A stretch of DNA of 64,000 bases. Source: Ignavibacteriota bacterium (GTDB lineage: Bacteria; Bacteroidota; Ignavibacteria; UBA10030). The notes under the pieces were generated by a model, which saw only the letters and a program-made list of their open reading frames with translations, searched no databases and was not told where the DNA came from. Made by a program: the position numbers and the translations under genes. The stretch lies in contig CAVSHO010000007.1 in assembly GCA_963727825.1 (NCBI GenBank), positions 160,001 to 224,000 on the forward strand. The letters are read 5' to 3'. This document shows, piece by piece, positions 19,911 to 31,174 of this stretch (positions are counted from its first letter, which is position 1; each line of letters begins with the position of its first letter).

Positions 19911-20810
19911 TTGAAGCTTTTGGCAGCAGAGAGTCAGCACCATAGTTCAAAAAAAAACCGTTTCACCATTGTTTTAGTGCCGGATGAAGATGCCAGTAAA
20001 GCAAAAAACTTTAGGTTAGCTCCTTGGCAGCTTATTACGGGATTAATAACATTCGCGATGATAGCAGTTGTGTTCGTACTGCTCATTCTAATTTATACTC
20101 CAGTGGGTGAGGTCTTCCCATTATCAAACCCATGGCTTGAGAATAAATATGGCAAAGAGTTAATTTCACTGAATCAGCGAATGACGAGTTTGATGGAAAA
20201 ACTTGTTGAGTTGCGAACCTACAACATCAAATTACGACGGGCGATGGGTGAAAACGTTTCAATTTCTGATTCTGGAATAGTGAAAACTATACCAAGAACT
20301 GCTGGTGTAGAAAAAAATAAGATCGACAGGGAAGAACAAGTGGCCGCGAAAGTTCAGCCATTAATGAGTCCGGAACAGGAGATGATTCCTTCCCGGTCAG
20401 CGAAGCTTGAGACAGATGCAAAAATTTCAGTTTCGTTTCCAGCGATCCTTCCAACAGAAGGATATGTGACGAGGGGATTTGAACCGGAACACAATCATTT
20501 CGGTTTGGATATTGCCGGGAAGACAGGAAATTTGATTGTTGCAGCGGCAGATGGAAATATAGTTTTTTCTGGTTGGACGTACGATGATGGTTATATCGTG
20601 ATTGTTTCTCATGCGAATGGTTTTTTGAGCTTTTACAAGCACAATCAATCGTTGCTGAAATCGTCAGGTTCGTTTGTGCGGCGTGGCGAACCGATTGCAA
20701 CACTCGGTAATTCTGGAACAACAAGTTCTGGTCCGCATCTGCATTTTGAGATTTGGAAAGACGGAGTTCCAGTGGATCCATCTATCTATTTGATTAATTT
20801 CTATTTCTAG
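19911..20810 (+). CDS. M23 family peptidase
   Basis: HFGLD, GPHLHFE; N-terminal TM and coiled coil. Confidence 0.92.
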   Translation: MKLLAAESQHHSSKKNRFTIVLVPDEDASKAKNFRLAPWQLITGLITFAMIAVVFVLLILIYTPVGEVFPLSNPWLENKYGKELISLNQRMTSLMEKLVELRTYNIKLRRAMGENVSISDSGIVKTIPRTAGVEKNKIDREEQVAAKVQPLMSPEQEMIPSRSAKLETDAKISVSFPAILPTEGYVTRGFEPEHNHFGLDIAGKTGNLIVAAADGNIVFSGWTYDDGYIVIVSHANGFLSFYKHNQSLLKSSGSFVRRGEPIATLGNSGTTSSGPHLHFEIWKDGVPVDPSIYLINFYF

Positions 20811-20819
20811 AGGTGACAC

Positions 20820-21185
20820 GTGTCGACAAAATTTGATCCTGTAAAAGAGATGAATATCATTGGCGCTGGAACGGTTGTCGAAGGAAAAATTCGAAGCCAA
20901 GGAAATGTGCGCATCGATGGAAAATTGATTGGTGAGGTAACGGCGAGTGAATCGCTTTCAGTAGGCGTTGCCGGTGAAATTGAAGGAAATGTTACAGCAA
21001 AGAATGTCACCGTTGGTGGAAAAGTGCGCGGCACTATTAGTGCTTCAGAGAAAATTGTATTTGAAGGGAAATCGGTTGTCCGAGGCGATATAAGAGCCAC
21101 GCGTCTTGTTGTTGACGAAGGATCGATCTTTGATGGAAGAGTTTCAATGACTGAAAAAGTCCCGATATACGAAGTAAAACATTAG
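20820..21185 (+). CDS. Bactofilin (polymer-forming cytoskeletal protein)
   Basis: IIGAGTVVEG...VRIDG beta-helix repeats; typical pairing with an M23 peptidase. Confidence 0.92.
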   Translation: MSTKFDPVKEMNIIGAGTVVEGKIRSQGNVRIDGKLIGEVTASESLSVGVAGEIEGNVTAKNVTVGGKVRGTISASEKIVFEGKSVVRGDIRATRLVVDEGSIFDGRVSMTEKVPIYEVKH

Positions 21186-21217
21186 GTCGAAATGATTGTG
21201 GAGAACAGGGGCATAAA

Positions 21218-21514
21218 ATGAGCTCTGAACCTCCAAGCGATAGTGCGGAAAACAAAAAGAAAAAAAACGATATCCAAAGTACCTATAGAGAATACGGACA
21301 ATACCTCACTCTTGGATTTCAATTAGCAGCCGCAGTCGTTGTTTTCTTTTTCCTGGGTGATTGGATCGATAGGCGATACGGAATTGCTCCGATTGGAAAG
21401 TTGGTAGGAACATCGATAGGAATGGTTGGAGGATTTATTAAATTTTTTAAGTCCGTTGCATCGATGATAGCAGATGAAGACCGAGCGCGGAAAAGTAATA
21501 AGCATGAAGATTGA
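21218..21514 (+). CDS. AtpZ/AtpI-family protein
   Basis: GDWIDRRYG, two TMs, first gene of the atp operon. Confidence 0.8.
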   Translation: MSSEPPSDSAENKKKKNDIQSTYREYGQYLTLGFQLAAAVVVFFFLGDWIDRRYGIAPIGKLVGTSIGMVGGFIKFFKSVASMIADEDRARKSNKHED

Positions 21515-21887
21515 TTGGTCGTTTTTACGGTTAGTGTTTTTTTGCTTTGCTTCTGCAGCCGTATTGACGTATTACCCGATTTCAGAGTTTGCAACTGCAG
21601 ATGTGATGCATAGTATTATTGCCGGCGGTGTTATGAGCCTGGCAAATTTACTGTTGGGATATTTGGCAATTGAAGCATCGTTTGAACGATCCCACACGAC
21701 TTTTTTAAAATATGTCTTAGGTGGAATGGTTGGGCGATTGATGCTCATGTGGGGAGTTTTTTTATTGCTCACATGGGTTTTCGGATTCCATGCGGCATCG
21801 CTGATGCTTACATTGCTATTTTTCTATGCGATGAATTTGGGACTAGAAATTTATTTTCTTCAGAAAAAAATATCTACAAAAAAATAG
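21504..21887 (+). CDS. ATP synthase protein I-like
   Basis: Four TMs, GGMVGRL, upstream of atpB. Confidence 0.7.
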   Translation: MKIDWSFLRLVFFCFASAAVLTYYPISEFATADVMHSIIAGGVMSLANLLLGYLAIEASFERSHTTFLKYVLGGMVGRLMLMWGVFLLLTWVFGFHAASLMLTLLFFYAMNLGLEIYFLQKKISTKK

Positions 21888-21899
21888 ATTGAGTTTATA

Positions 21900-22829
21900 G
21901 TGCTATTCGAGAATCCAAAAATAAATGAAACACTGCATCAGGTTGCTGCAGTTGTTGCTGATAGCGTTCGACATGGTATTGCACAGAGCGCTGGAGCATC
22001 AGAGCATGGAGAGGGGTTCAATTTTCAACATCTTCTAGATCATGTGAAAGACTCACATACGATCGAGTTGCCTTTCCTTCATTTTGAGTTGCCACAATTT
22101 CCACCGATTCATATTGGCGGATTCATACTTGATCTTTCGCCAACGAAACATGTTTTTTTTCTCCTGCTTTGCGCTCTTCTTCTGATTGTAGGAGCGATCT
22201 TATCTGCTCGAGCATATCGTAAAACTCTCGTCCCTCGCGGATTCGCTAGTCTCATGGAAATGCTCATAGTATTTATTCGTGACGAAGTCGTTCTTCCCAA
22301 TATGGGACCAGGAGGTATGAGGTATATTCCCTATCTATTAACGACCTTTTTCTACATACTTTTCATGAATTTGATCGGGTTGATCCCCTATGGTGCAACA
22401 CCAACTGGGAATATCATGGTCACGGCAGGATTAGCAATAGTTGCGTTTCTTATGATTCAGATTTCGGCCATACGTGCACAAGGTTTAAAGAATTACCTTT
22501 TACACCTGACAGGAGGTGTCCACTGGGGCTTGTGGATTATTATGATCCCCATAGAAATTTTAGGACTATTTACAAAACCGTTCGCACTCTGTATTCGTCT
22601 TTTTGCCAATATGAGTGCAGGTCATATTGTTATTCTATCGCTTATCGGTCTCATTTTTATGTTCCAATCGATTGCGGTAGCCCCGGTTTCAGTTTTGTTT
22701 GCATTATTCATTAATATGTTGGAGTTGTTTGTGGCTGCTTTGCAGGCATATATATTTACCATGCTCACATCAGTGTTTATGGGATTTGGAGTACAGGCAG
22801 CACATGAAAATCATGAAGGAAATCATTAG
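21900..22829 (+). CDS. atpB: ATP synthase Fo subunit a
   Basis: IRLFANMSAGH, LQAYIF. Confidence 0.97.
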   Translation: MLFENPKINETLHQVAAVVADSVRHGIAQSAGASEHGEGFNFQHLLDHVKDSHTIELPFLHFELPQFPPIHIGGFILDLSPTKHVFFLLLCALLLIVGAILSARAYRKTLVPRGFASLMEMLIVFIRDEVVLPNMGPGGMRYIPYLLTTFFYILFMNLIGLIPYGATPTGNIMVTAGLAIVAFLMIQISAIRAQGLKNYLLHLTGGVHWGLWIIMIPIEILGLFTKPFALCIRLFANMSAGHIVILSLIGLIFMFQSIAVAPVSVLFALFINMLELFVAALQAYIFTMLTSVFMGFGVQAAHENHEGNH

Positions 22830-22884
22830 GTATTATTAGATCACGCAAATAACACATTCAATTCAATTACAGGAGAATTCTAAA

Positions 22885-23115
22885 ATGGGAATAAACGCTA
22901 TTGCACATCTCGCTGCTGGGTTAGGCGCAGGACTTATTATTCTTGGTGCATCGTATGGTATTGGTAAGCTTGCTGCAGCCACAATGGAAGCAAGTGGTCG
23001 TCAACCTGAAGTTGCCCCACAAGTTCGAACTGCCATGATTATTGCTGCGGCGCTTATCGAAGGCGTAACATTTTTTGCACTCGTCATTTGTATGGTACTC
23101 GCTGGTAAATCATAA
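22885..23115 (+). CDS. atpE: ATP synthase Fo subunit c
   Basis: GRQPE, ALIEG. Confidence 0.97.
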   Translation: MGINAIAHLAAGLGAGLIILGASYGIGKLAAATMEASGRQPEVAPQVRTAMIIAAALIEGVTFFALVICMVLAGKS

Positions 23116-23130
23116 TTTGAGGTTGAATAT

Positions 23131-23617
23131 ATGATAGAGATTAATCCAGGTCTGATTATATGGACCATCGTGACATTTGTTTGTCTTTGCCGTTGTGTTG
23201 GCAAAGTTTGCATGGAAGCCAATACTCAAGGTACTCAGCGACCGTGAAGAAAAAATTAGGGGTGCACTCGAGGAAGCGGATCGCGCGCGTTCGCAAGCGG
23301 CAGAGATGATAAAACAGAATGAAAAGAATCTTGCCCGTGCAGAAGAAGAATATCAAAAAATGATACGCGAAGGCAAGGCATTCGCCGAAAAAATTAAGGA
23401 TGATATTGTGGTAAAAGCAAAACAGCAGGCACAGCAGGAACTAGAACGAGCAGCGGAAGAAATTCAACGCAATGTCGAAGCAGCGAAGTTACAGCTTCGG
23501 TCTGAAGTTGCCGATCTTGCTATTAAAGCAACAGAGAAAATTCTCGAAGAAACATTAGACGAGAATAGGCAAAAAAAGCTTACAGATTCCGTGATCAATA
23601 AACTTCCAAAGAACTGA
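23131..23617 (+). CDS. atpF: ATP synthase Fo subunit b (frameshift near 23178, likely error)
   Basis: MIEINPGLIIWT joins KFAWKPIL in another frame. Confidence 0.92.
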
Positions 23618-23623
23618 CAGATT

Positions 23624-24176
23624 ATGGCAAATCTGCGAATAGCAAATCGATACGCTGAAGCTTTGTTGACCACCGCTGAAGAATTACATATACTTAAAAA
23701 TGTAAGCGATGATCTAACGATCATTCAGCGGATCATTAAAGAGTCGCACGAGTTTCAGCTTTTCTTGAAAAGTCCTGTCATCAAGAAAGAGAAGAAACAA
23801 GCAGGTGTTCAAAGCCACTTTTAGATCGTCAGTTCAAACACTCACACTTCACTTCTTATCTTTGCTTATTGAAAAAGAGCGGGAAGATGCTCTTCTGAGT
23901 ATCATCGAAGCCTTTTTTCGATTACAGGATGAAATATTAGGAATCGTTCATGTCAACATTAAAACTGCTGCTGGATTATCACAACAGCAGACGGCACAGC
24001 TGAAACAACGATTTGAAGCTTATTCGCAGAAGAAAGTGTTAATCGACCAAAGTTTAGATAAACAATTAATTGGCGGCTTTGTTGCTCGTATCGGCGACAC
24101 AGTATTTGATGGCAGTGTGAAGCAACAGCTTGAACTTCTCCGTAAGCGTTTTGCGGAGGAATTGATTGTAATATAA
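23624..24176 (+). CDS. atpH: ATP synthase delta subunit (frameshift near 23800, likely error)
   Basis: IANRYAEAL...LIGGFVARIGDTVFDGS. Confidence 0.92.
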
Positions 24177-24241
24177 TGTTTGCAATTCATTTTTTAATAT
24201 AATCCAGCAGCATTTGTGCTGGAAGTACATAGAGGAAGAAA

Positions 24242-25795
24242 ATGGCAGAAGTACGACCTGATGAAGTTTCGGCAATATTACGGAAGCAGCTTTCCGGTTT
24301 TGAAAAAGAAGTAGATGTGTACGATGTCGGCACTGTTTTGCAGATAGGTGACGGCATTGCACGTATTTACGGTCTATCAAAAGTTATGGCAAGCGAGTTG
24401 GTAGAATTCCCCGGCAACGTGTTTGGTATGGCATTAAATCTCGAAGAAGATAATGTCGGGTGCGTAGTCTTTGGTGAGATTTCTCACATCAAGGAAGGCG
24501 ACACTGTGAAACGAACAGGCCGTGTTGCATCCATGCCTGTTGGCGAACAAATGCTTGGCCGCGTGATGACTCCGCTTGGACAGCCACTTGATGGCAAGGG
24601 ACCAATCAAAACGAATAAATTTCTTCCGTTGGAACGTAAAGCCCTTGGAGTAATTGCGCGAAGTCCGGTGAAAGAACCGTTACAAACTGGTCTCAAACCA
24701 GTGGACGGCATGATTCCGATTGGACGTGGGCAGCGAGAATTAATTATCGGCGACCGCCAGACTGGAAAAACTGCAATTGCGATTGATACTATTATCAATC
24801 AAAAATATACACATACTGAAAAGGCAAAGAAAGAAGGCATTAAGCCAGTCTATTGCATCTATGTTGCTATCGGTCAGAAAGGATCGACGGTTGCACAGGT
24901 AGTAGCAACATTAGAAGAAAACGGTGCGATGGAATACACAACAGTGATTCATGCATCTGCAAGTGATTCGGCACCATTGCAGTTCATCGCCCCCTATGCA
25001 GGTGCCACACTTGGAGAATATTTTCGCGATTCAAGTCGTCATGCACTTGTGATCTACGATGATCTTTCGAAGCATGCACAAGCATATCGCCAGATGTCGT
25101 TACTATTGCGCAGACCTCCGGGACGTGAAGCATATCCTGGTGATGTCTTCTATCTGCACTCACGTTTATTAGAGCGGGCATCAAAGCTTAATGATGAACT
25201 CGGTGGTGGAAGTCTCACCGCTTTACCGATAATCGAAACACAAGCAGGCGACGTTTCAGCATACATTCCAACAAACGTTATATCAATCACCGATGGTCAG
25301 ATTTATCTTGAACCCAATTTATTCAATGCTGGTGTGCGGCCTGCTATCAATGTTGGTATCTCGGTATCACGTGTCGGCGGCAATGCACAAATAAAAGCGA
25401 TGAAGCGAGTGGCAGGACGTTTGCGCCTGGATCTTGCTCAATATCGTGAATTGGAGGCGTTTGCGAAATTCGGTTCAGACCTTGATAAATCGACACAGCA
25501 AACATTACGCCGAGGATCACGCCTTGTGGAATTGCTCAAACAAGATCAATATGTTCCAATGTCCGTGGAGAAACAGGTAGCGAGTATATTCACAGGCACA
25601 AATGGATATTTGGACGAGTTGCCATTAACAGAAGTACAGCGATTTGAAAAAGAGTTTCTCGAAATGATGGAAATGAAATATACAAATGTGCTCGATGCTA
25701 TTGCAGAGACAAAAGAGCTATCAAAAGATCTTGAAACAAATCTTCATAATATCGCAAAAGAATTTGTCAAGAAATTTAAAGAGACGTTAAAATAA
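24242..25795 (+). CDS. atpA: ATP synthase alpha subunit
   Basis: [29 protein letters not shown]. Confidence 0.99.
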   Translation: MAEVRPDEVSAILRKQLSGFEKEVDVYDVGTVLQIGDGIARIYGLSKVMASELVEFPGNVFGMALNLEEDNVGCVVFGEISHIKEGDTVKRTGRVASMPVGEQMLGRVMTPLGQPLDGKGPIKTNKFLPLERKALGVIARSPVKEPLQTGLKPVDGMIPIGRGQRELIIGDRQTGKTAIAIDTIINQKYTHTEKAKKEGIKPVYCIYVAIGQKGSTVAQVVATLEENGAMEYTTVIHASASDSAPLQFIAPYAGATLGEYFRDSSRHALVIYDDLSKHAQAYRQMSLLLRRPPGREAYPGDVFYLHSRLLERASKLNDELGGGSLTALPIIETQAGDVSAYIPTNVISITDGQIYLEPNLFNAGVRPAINVGISVSRVGGNAQIKAMKRVAGRLRLDLAQYRELEAFAKFGSDLDKSTQQTLRRGSRLVELLKQDQYVPMSVEKQVASIFTGTNGYLDELPLTEVQRFEKEFLEMMEMKYTNVLDAIAETKELSKDLETNLHNIAKEFVKKFKETLK

Positions 25796-25798
25796 TCT

Positions 25799-26700
25799 AT
25801 GGCAACGCTTCGAGAAATCCGACGCCGTGTGACAAGTGTTAAGAGCACGCAAAAAATTACTAAAGCCATGAAAATGGTTGCCGCTGCGAAGCTGCGCCGT
25901 GCGCAGGAAGCACTTATCTCGACGCGTCCCTATGCCCGCAAGATGAACGAGTTGCTTAGACATCTTGTCACTAAAGTTGATCTATCCATTCATCCATTAT
26001 TGCAAGAACGAGAAGTCAAACGAGTTGTGTTGGTAGTAGTCTCAGGTGATCGAGGGAATGTGCGGAGCATTCAACGGAAATATTGTCAAAGCCGCAATCG
26101 ATTATTTGAATACCCATTATTCAAATTTATTGAAAGAGCCAGACGGTGTCCGCATTGTTACGGTTGGGAAAAAGGCGACCGACTTCTTCTTGAAGAAAAA
26201 TTATAACCTATATGCGAAATACACAGGTTTATTTGGGAACCTTCACATTGGTCACGCAAGAACGATCATTCAACAATTGATAGACGATTACCTAACGGGT
26301 AAATTCGATAAAGTTGAAATTATATATAATGAATTTAAGTCGGTTATTCAGCAACGAATCATTGTCGAGCAGATCTTGCCGATTCCGCCAGAACAAATTC
26401 AGAAGACAAAAGATATCCATGCGCTCGCTCAAGTGGATTATATTTATGAACCGTCGAGCATTGAAATTATAAATGTGCTTGCTGCCAAAACATCTGAATT
26501 TTCTGATGTGGCATGTTTTGCTGGAATCCAGCACCGCCGAAGAAGGGGCGCGAATGACAGCGATGAACAATGCTACTGAGAATGCAAAAGAACTTATTCG
26601 TGATCTAACATTGTCTTACAACAAAGCACGGCAGGCAAGCATAACAAAGGAGTTACTTGAGATTGTCAGCGGAGCAGAAGCACTGAAAAAAGCAAGTTAA
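25799..26700 (+). CDS. atpG: ATP synthase gamma subunit (two frameshifts, likely errors)
   Basis: [24 protein letters not shown] and [12 protein letters not shown] spread over three ORF pieces. Confidence 0.95.
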
Positions 26701-26712
26701 AAGTTTTCGTTT

Positions 26713-26749
26713 TATCGTTCGTATGAATGACAAACGAACGATTGTTTTT
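26713..26749 (+). terminator. Putative terminator after atpG
   Basis: ATCGTTCGT...ACGAACGAT followed by TGTTTTT. Confidence 0.5.
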
Positions 26750-26813
26750 AGGAAAATTTAGAAATATCTAATTCAATTAGTTTATTGAGCCATCACTTCG
26801 ACGGAGAAGAGTT

Positions 26814-28104
26814 ATGGCAGTCACGCCGCAACAGCCAAACCAACCGCGCCCAATGTCTGGGCAAGGGCAGCAACGTATTTCATTGGAACAGATCGATGTG
26901 CAAACGCTATCAAAGGATAAAATCCGTGATATGTTCCGTCAAGGTAAACTTCCAACCGCCGATCAGATTGTTGAAGAAATTCTGGTCCGAGGTGTTCAGG
27001 CGAATGCGAATGATATCCATTTTGAACCGATTGAAGGGGAGATGCAAATTCGGTTAGGGTATGAAGGAACGCTCAAACGTTTGGTCTCTCTCCCGCTTGA
27101 TATGAACGATCCTATGATTAGTGTGCTGAAATCGAAAGCAACCCTTAATCAATTTGAAAAAAAGAAACCTCAAGAAGGACGTTTCTCGGCGGTCTACGGA
27201 AATGAACCGCTTGATTTTCGAGTAAACGTGATTCCTGTGCTTTCAGGCGAACGATGTCTGGTTCGATTGTTGCGCAAGACTGCAAGTATCTCCCGAATCG
27301 AAGAACTTGGATTCAGCAAAGAAAATCTTGAGCGGCTAAGGGTATTGCTTCGCAGCCCTCAGAGGGTTGGTGTTAATCACAGGGCCATCGGGGAGCGGCA
27401 AATCGACAACAGTTTATGCCGCTGTGAACTATGTGGCGAATCCGGAAAAATGCGTGATTACTGTTGAAGATCCGGTTGAGTATCGACTGCCATATGCAAG
27501 CCAAGTGCATTTGCCTCCTGATAAGTCATTTAACTTCATTGATGCGCTCAGGGCGATCCTTCGACAGAATCCAAACATTATTATGATTGGTGAAATCCGC
27601 GATGCGGAAACCGGCATTGTTGCAGGCGAAGCTGCACTCACAGGTAATCTTGTGCTTAGTTCCATGCTTGCTGATGATGCGATTGGTGCGATTCACCGTC
27701 TCCTCAATCTTGGTGTACCAGCATATTGGCTCGCTTCAACAGTTGTTGGAGTTGTGTATCAACTTTTAATCCGTAAAATTTGTCCTAATTGCAGAGAAGA
27801 ATACTTGCTCTCGCCAGAAGAACTTCAATTAATTGGCGCTCCAATGGAATCATCCGATCTTAAACTGTTCCGTGGCCGCGGTTGTCCTAATTGCTTGGGT
27901 ACGGGTTATAAAGGTCGAATAGCAATTAGTGAAATTGTGACAATTAGCCCGAAGTTGCGGGATATGATCTTTGAAAAAGCATCGATCCTGAATATGCGAG
28001 AAGAAGCTGCCAATTTCGGCTTCCAAGGTATCCGGCAGGATGCGATTCGTAAAGCGATTACTGGCATAACAACTCTGCAAGAAATTACGCGTGTGCTTGG
28101 TTAG
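26814..28104 (+). CDS. GspE/PilB-family ATPase (frameshift near 27362)
   Basis: DIHFEP, PQEGR, GPSGSGKS, VEDPVEY, GEIRD, CxxC...CxxC; His box altered. Confidence 0.9.
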
Positions 28105-28306
28105 AGCGTTCAAGATTAAGAATTTCTCTATGAGAAATGGTTCTATCTCTCTTTTCATAGAAATGAATATCCATAAAATAACTTCTTGATTGCCTCCCCT
28201 TTTTTCGCTATTTTTTAGTTAGTAATATGGTAGGAGTATTTAATCCTATCGTTTTTTTATGCTGAGACTGAAGATATATTACTGTGTAATTGACTGAGAA
28301 AAATGA

Positions 28307-29635
28307 ATGTTTGAAAGTCTTACTCAGAAGTTAGAAACAGCTTTTAAGAAACTTCGCGGACAAGGGAAAATAACCCCTCAAAATATTGAGGAATCCTTGC
28401 GCGAAGTGCGCAGAGCATTGCTCGATGCAGATGTAAATTATAAGGTTACAAAACAGTTCATTGAAGATGTTCAGAAAAGAGCATTAGGGCAGGAAGTGCT
28501 TGCGAGTATTACTCCAGGTCAGCTAATCATCAAAATTATTCATGAAGAGATGGTAAAGCTGCTTGGCGAATCAAAAGCGGATATTGCAACAGCTCAGGCT
28601 CCACCGACAGTCATTCTAGTGGTGGGATTGCAGGGATCAGGAAAAACAACATTCTCTGCAAAGCTGGCAAACCATTTGAAGAGCAAAGGGCGATTCCCGT
28701 TACTTGCTGCGGCAGATGTTCATCGGCCTGCGGCAATCGATCAGTTGGAGACGCTTGGGAAACAACTTCAAATTCCTGTATATGCAGAACGTGGATCTAG
28801 CGCAGTAAAGATTGCTGAAGATGCTATTAATTTTGCACGAAAAAACATCCGCGATACAGTTATCATAGATACTGCGGGACGCCTGCACGTCGATGAAGAA
28901 ATGATGAAAGAAGTAGAAGCTGTGCGTGATAAGGCACAGCCGCATGAAATTCTGTTTGTGGTTGATGCGATGACTGGACAGGATGCCGTTAATACAGCGA
29001 AAGCTTTTCATGATCGCCTGAATTTCGACGGCATTGTTTTGACAAAGCTTGATGGTGACAGTCGCGGCGGCGCGGCGCTTTCTATTCGTGTTGTGGTCCA
29101 GAAACCGATAAAGTTTATCGGTGTCGGAGAAAAATTAGACGCTCTAGAACCGTTTTATCCTGAGCGGATCGCTTCTCGAATTCTTGGTATGGGTGATATT
29201 GTAACTCTCGTCGAGAAGGCGCAAGAACATTTTGATGAAGCGAAAGCTGTCAAGTTAGAAGAAAAACTTCGGAAATCGCAATTTACGTTCGAAGACTTTC
29301 TGGATCAACTCCGTGAAATCAAAAAAATGGGTTCATTGGATCAAATGATGAGTATGATACCGGGGATGAATAAACTTCCGGCAAATACCGCGGTCGACGA
29401 GAAAAATCTCGTGCGAATAGAAGCGATCATTCAATCGATGACGGTAGAAGAACGCGTAAGGCCATCTATCATTAATGGAAACCGGAGAAAGCGTATTGCG
29501 TTAGGTAGCGGCACAACGGTGCAAGATGTCAATCGTTTGCTGAAACAGTTTGATGAAATGCAGCGGATGATGAAACGATTCAGCAAGGGAAATATGCGCC
29601 GTGCAATGCGTGGTATGCAACTCCCAATGAATTAA
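28307..29635 (+). CDS. ffh: Signal recognition particle protein
   Basis: GLQGSGKTT, DTAGR, TKLD, Met-rich M domain. Confidence 0.98.
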   Translation: MFESLTQKLETAFKKLRGQGKITPQNIEESLREVRRALLDADVNYKVTKQFIEDVQKRALGQEVLASITPGQLIIKIIHEEMVKLLGESKADIATAQAPPTVILVVGLQGSGKTTFSAKLANHLKSKGRFPLLAAADVHRPAAIDQLETLGKQLQIPVYAERGSSAVKIAEDAINFARKNIRDTVIIDTAGRLHVDEEMMKEVEAVRDKAQPHEILFVVDAMTGQDAVNTAKAFHDRLNFDGIVLTKLDGDSRGGAALSIRVVVQKPIKFIGVGEKLDALEPFYPERIASRILGMGDIVTLVEKAQEHFDEAKAVKLEEKLRKSQFTFEDFLDQLREIKKMGSLDQMMSMIPGMNKLPANTAVDEKNLVRIEAIIQSMTVEERVRPSIINGNRRKRIALGSGTTVQDVNRLLKQFDEMQRMMKRFSKGNMRRAMRGMQLPMN

Positions 29636-29697
29636 TCAAATAGTATGAAAACAACTATTTAATTAAAAGAATAAAGTTAAACAGAGGAGTAAAAACA

Positions 29698-30138
29698 TTG
29701 GTAAAAATTCGAATGCGAAGAGAAGGGAAAAAGCAGCATCCTATTTACAAATTAGTTGCAACGGATTCCCGCTCTCCTCGTGATGGTGGATACCTTGAAG
29801 CTCTCGGTCAGTATGATCCACATACTAACCCTATCACCTTAGTGTTGAAAGAACCGCGAATAGAATACTGGCTTAAACAAGGCGCACAACCCACTGATAC
29901 AGTGCGGTCATTGCTGAGACGGACTGGCTTCTGGCTGCGCTGGACACTTACACGCCAAGGTAAAGATGAGGCAACTGTAAATAGCGTTATGGAACGTTGG
30001 CAGATGCTTCAAGTCGACAAGCCAAAGCATGAAGCAGATCGTAAAGCAAGGCGTTCGGAGAGAAAGAAAAAAGCCGCTGCACCTCCAACGGAAGCTCCAG
30101 TTCAGGCACCAGTTGAAGCCCCTGTTGCTGCCGCATAA
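29698..30138 (+). CDS. rpsP: 30S ribosomal protein S16 with C-terminal extension
   Basis: VKIRMRR, DSRSPRDG, GAQPTDTV. Confidence 0.97.
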   Translation: MVKIRMRREGKKQHPIYKLVATDSRSPRDGGYLEALGQYDPHTNPITLVLKEPRIEYWLKQGAQPTDTVRSLLRRTGFWLRWTLTRQGKDEATVNSVMERWQMLQVDKPKHEADRKARRSERKKKAAAPPTEAPVQAPVEAPVAAA

Positions 30139-30384
30139 GGCGATCAACGAGCATAAACTCTTGTAGTACACCAAAGCGAGTTTAAGGAAAATCAGCAGGG
30201 CAGACGATGCTTAATAGTTTTTCCAGCAGACGGATTTTGATTTTTAAGCAGTTCAATAATCCATAGTTAGAGCAGAGGTGAAGCACTAACACAATTTCCA
30301 CAATCGAAATGGTTGTGAAATGGACGGGCGAAAGAATCAATCGCTGTGTTGACACAGCCATTTTCCTGCGCATGAGGTGGAACG

Positions 30385-30615
30385 ATGAAAGAATTTCTGG
30401 AGTTTATTGTGAAACATCTGGTGGATAATCCAGAAAGCATTATCGTAGAGTTTGAAGAGAAGGAAAATACTCAAATCTTCAAGCTCAAGGTGGCAGAAGG
30501 AGATATTGGGAAGATTATTGGCAGACATGGCCAAACGGCGACCTCCCTGAGAGTGCTGTTAAAAGCAGTTGCCGCAAAAGAAGGTAAGCGAGCGGTATTG
30601 GATATTGTAGGATAA
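30385..30615 (+). CDS. khpA: KH-domain RNA-binding protein
   Basis: GKIIGRHG; located between rpsP and rimM. Confidence 0.92.
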   Translation: MKEFLEFIVKHLVDNPESIIVEFEEKENTQIFKLKVAEGDIGKIIGRHGQTATSLRVLLKAVAAKEGKRAVLDIVG

Positions 30616-30667
30616 ATATTTTTCGATTGAAATCCTTCTATTTCAATTCGGAAATCAAAGAATCTGT

Positions 30668-31174
30668 ATGGATTTGATTGCGGTCGGAAGAATTTCTAAA
30701 CCGATTGGCACTCGGGGTGAAGTAAAAATTTTGCCGTTAACACAAGACAGGCAGAGGTTTGTAAATCTGCAAGATGTGTGGATTGGGTTTGATGCGGCTA
30801 ATGTAGAATTGAAGAAGATTATGGATGTGAGAATCAATACCAAACAAGTGGTTTTTAGCTTTGATGGTATTGAAACGGTTGAAGAAGCGGAAAAAATAAA
30901 GAATTCGTTTCTTTTTGTTGCTAAAGATGATGCCGTTAAACTTCGGAATGGAAGTTACTTCATAGACGATATAATCGGATGCGAAGTCGTGACAGAAGAA
31001 CAAACGACAATTGGCAAAATAACTGATTTGTTCTCGCTTCCGATGAATGATTTATGGGTTGTTAAAAAAGATGCAAAGGAAATTCTCATTCCGGCAGTTA
31101 AAGCGATTATCCGGCATGTGGATATCAAAAATAAACGCATCACTATTCACGATATTGATGGATTACTTGACTGA
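30668..31174 (+). CDS. rimM: 16S rRNA processing protein RimM
   Basis: VGRISKPIGTRGEVK, ILIP; synteny. Confidence 0.95.
   Translation: MDLIAVGRISKPIGTRGEVKILPLTQDRQRFVNLQDVWIGFDAANVELKKIMDVRINTKQVVFSFDGIETVEEAEKIKNSFLFVAKDDAVKLRNGSYFIDDIIGCEVVTEEQTTIGKITDLFSLPMNDLWVVKKDAKEILIPAVKAIIRHVDIKNKRITIHDIDGLLD

Noticed and set aside
21218-26700. atp operon lacking atpD and atpC
   Set aside because: A split atp operon is known in Chlorobi and relatives; not novel
26918-26985. KIRDMFRQGKLPTADQIVEEIL as an MshEN c-di-GMP-binding motif
   Set aside because: Lacks the essential RLG and overlaps the ordinary helix preceding DIHFEP
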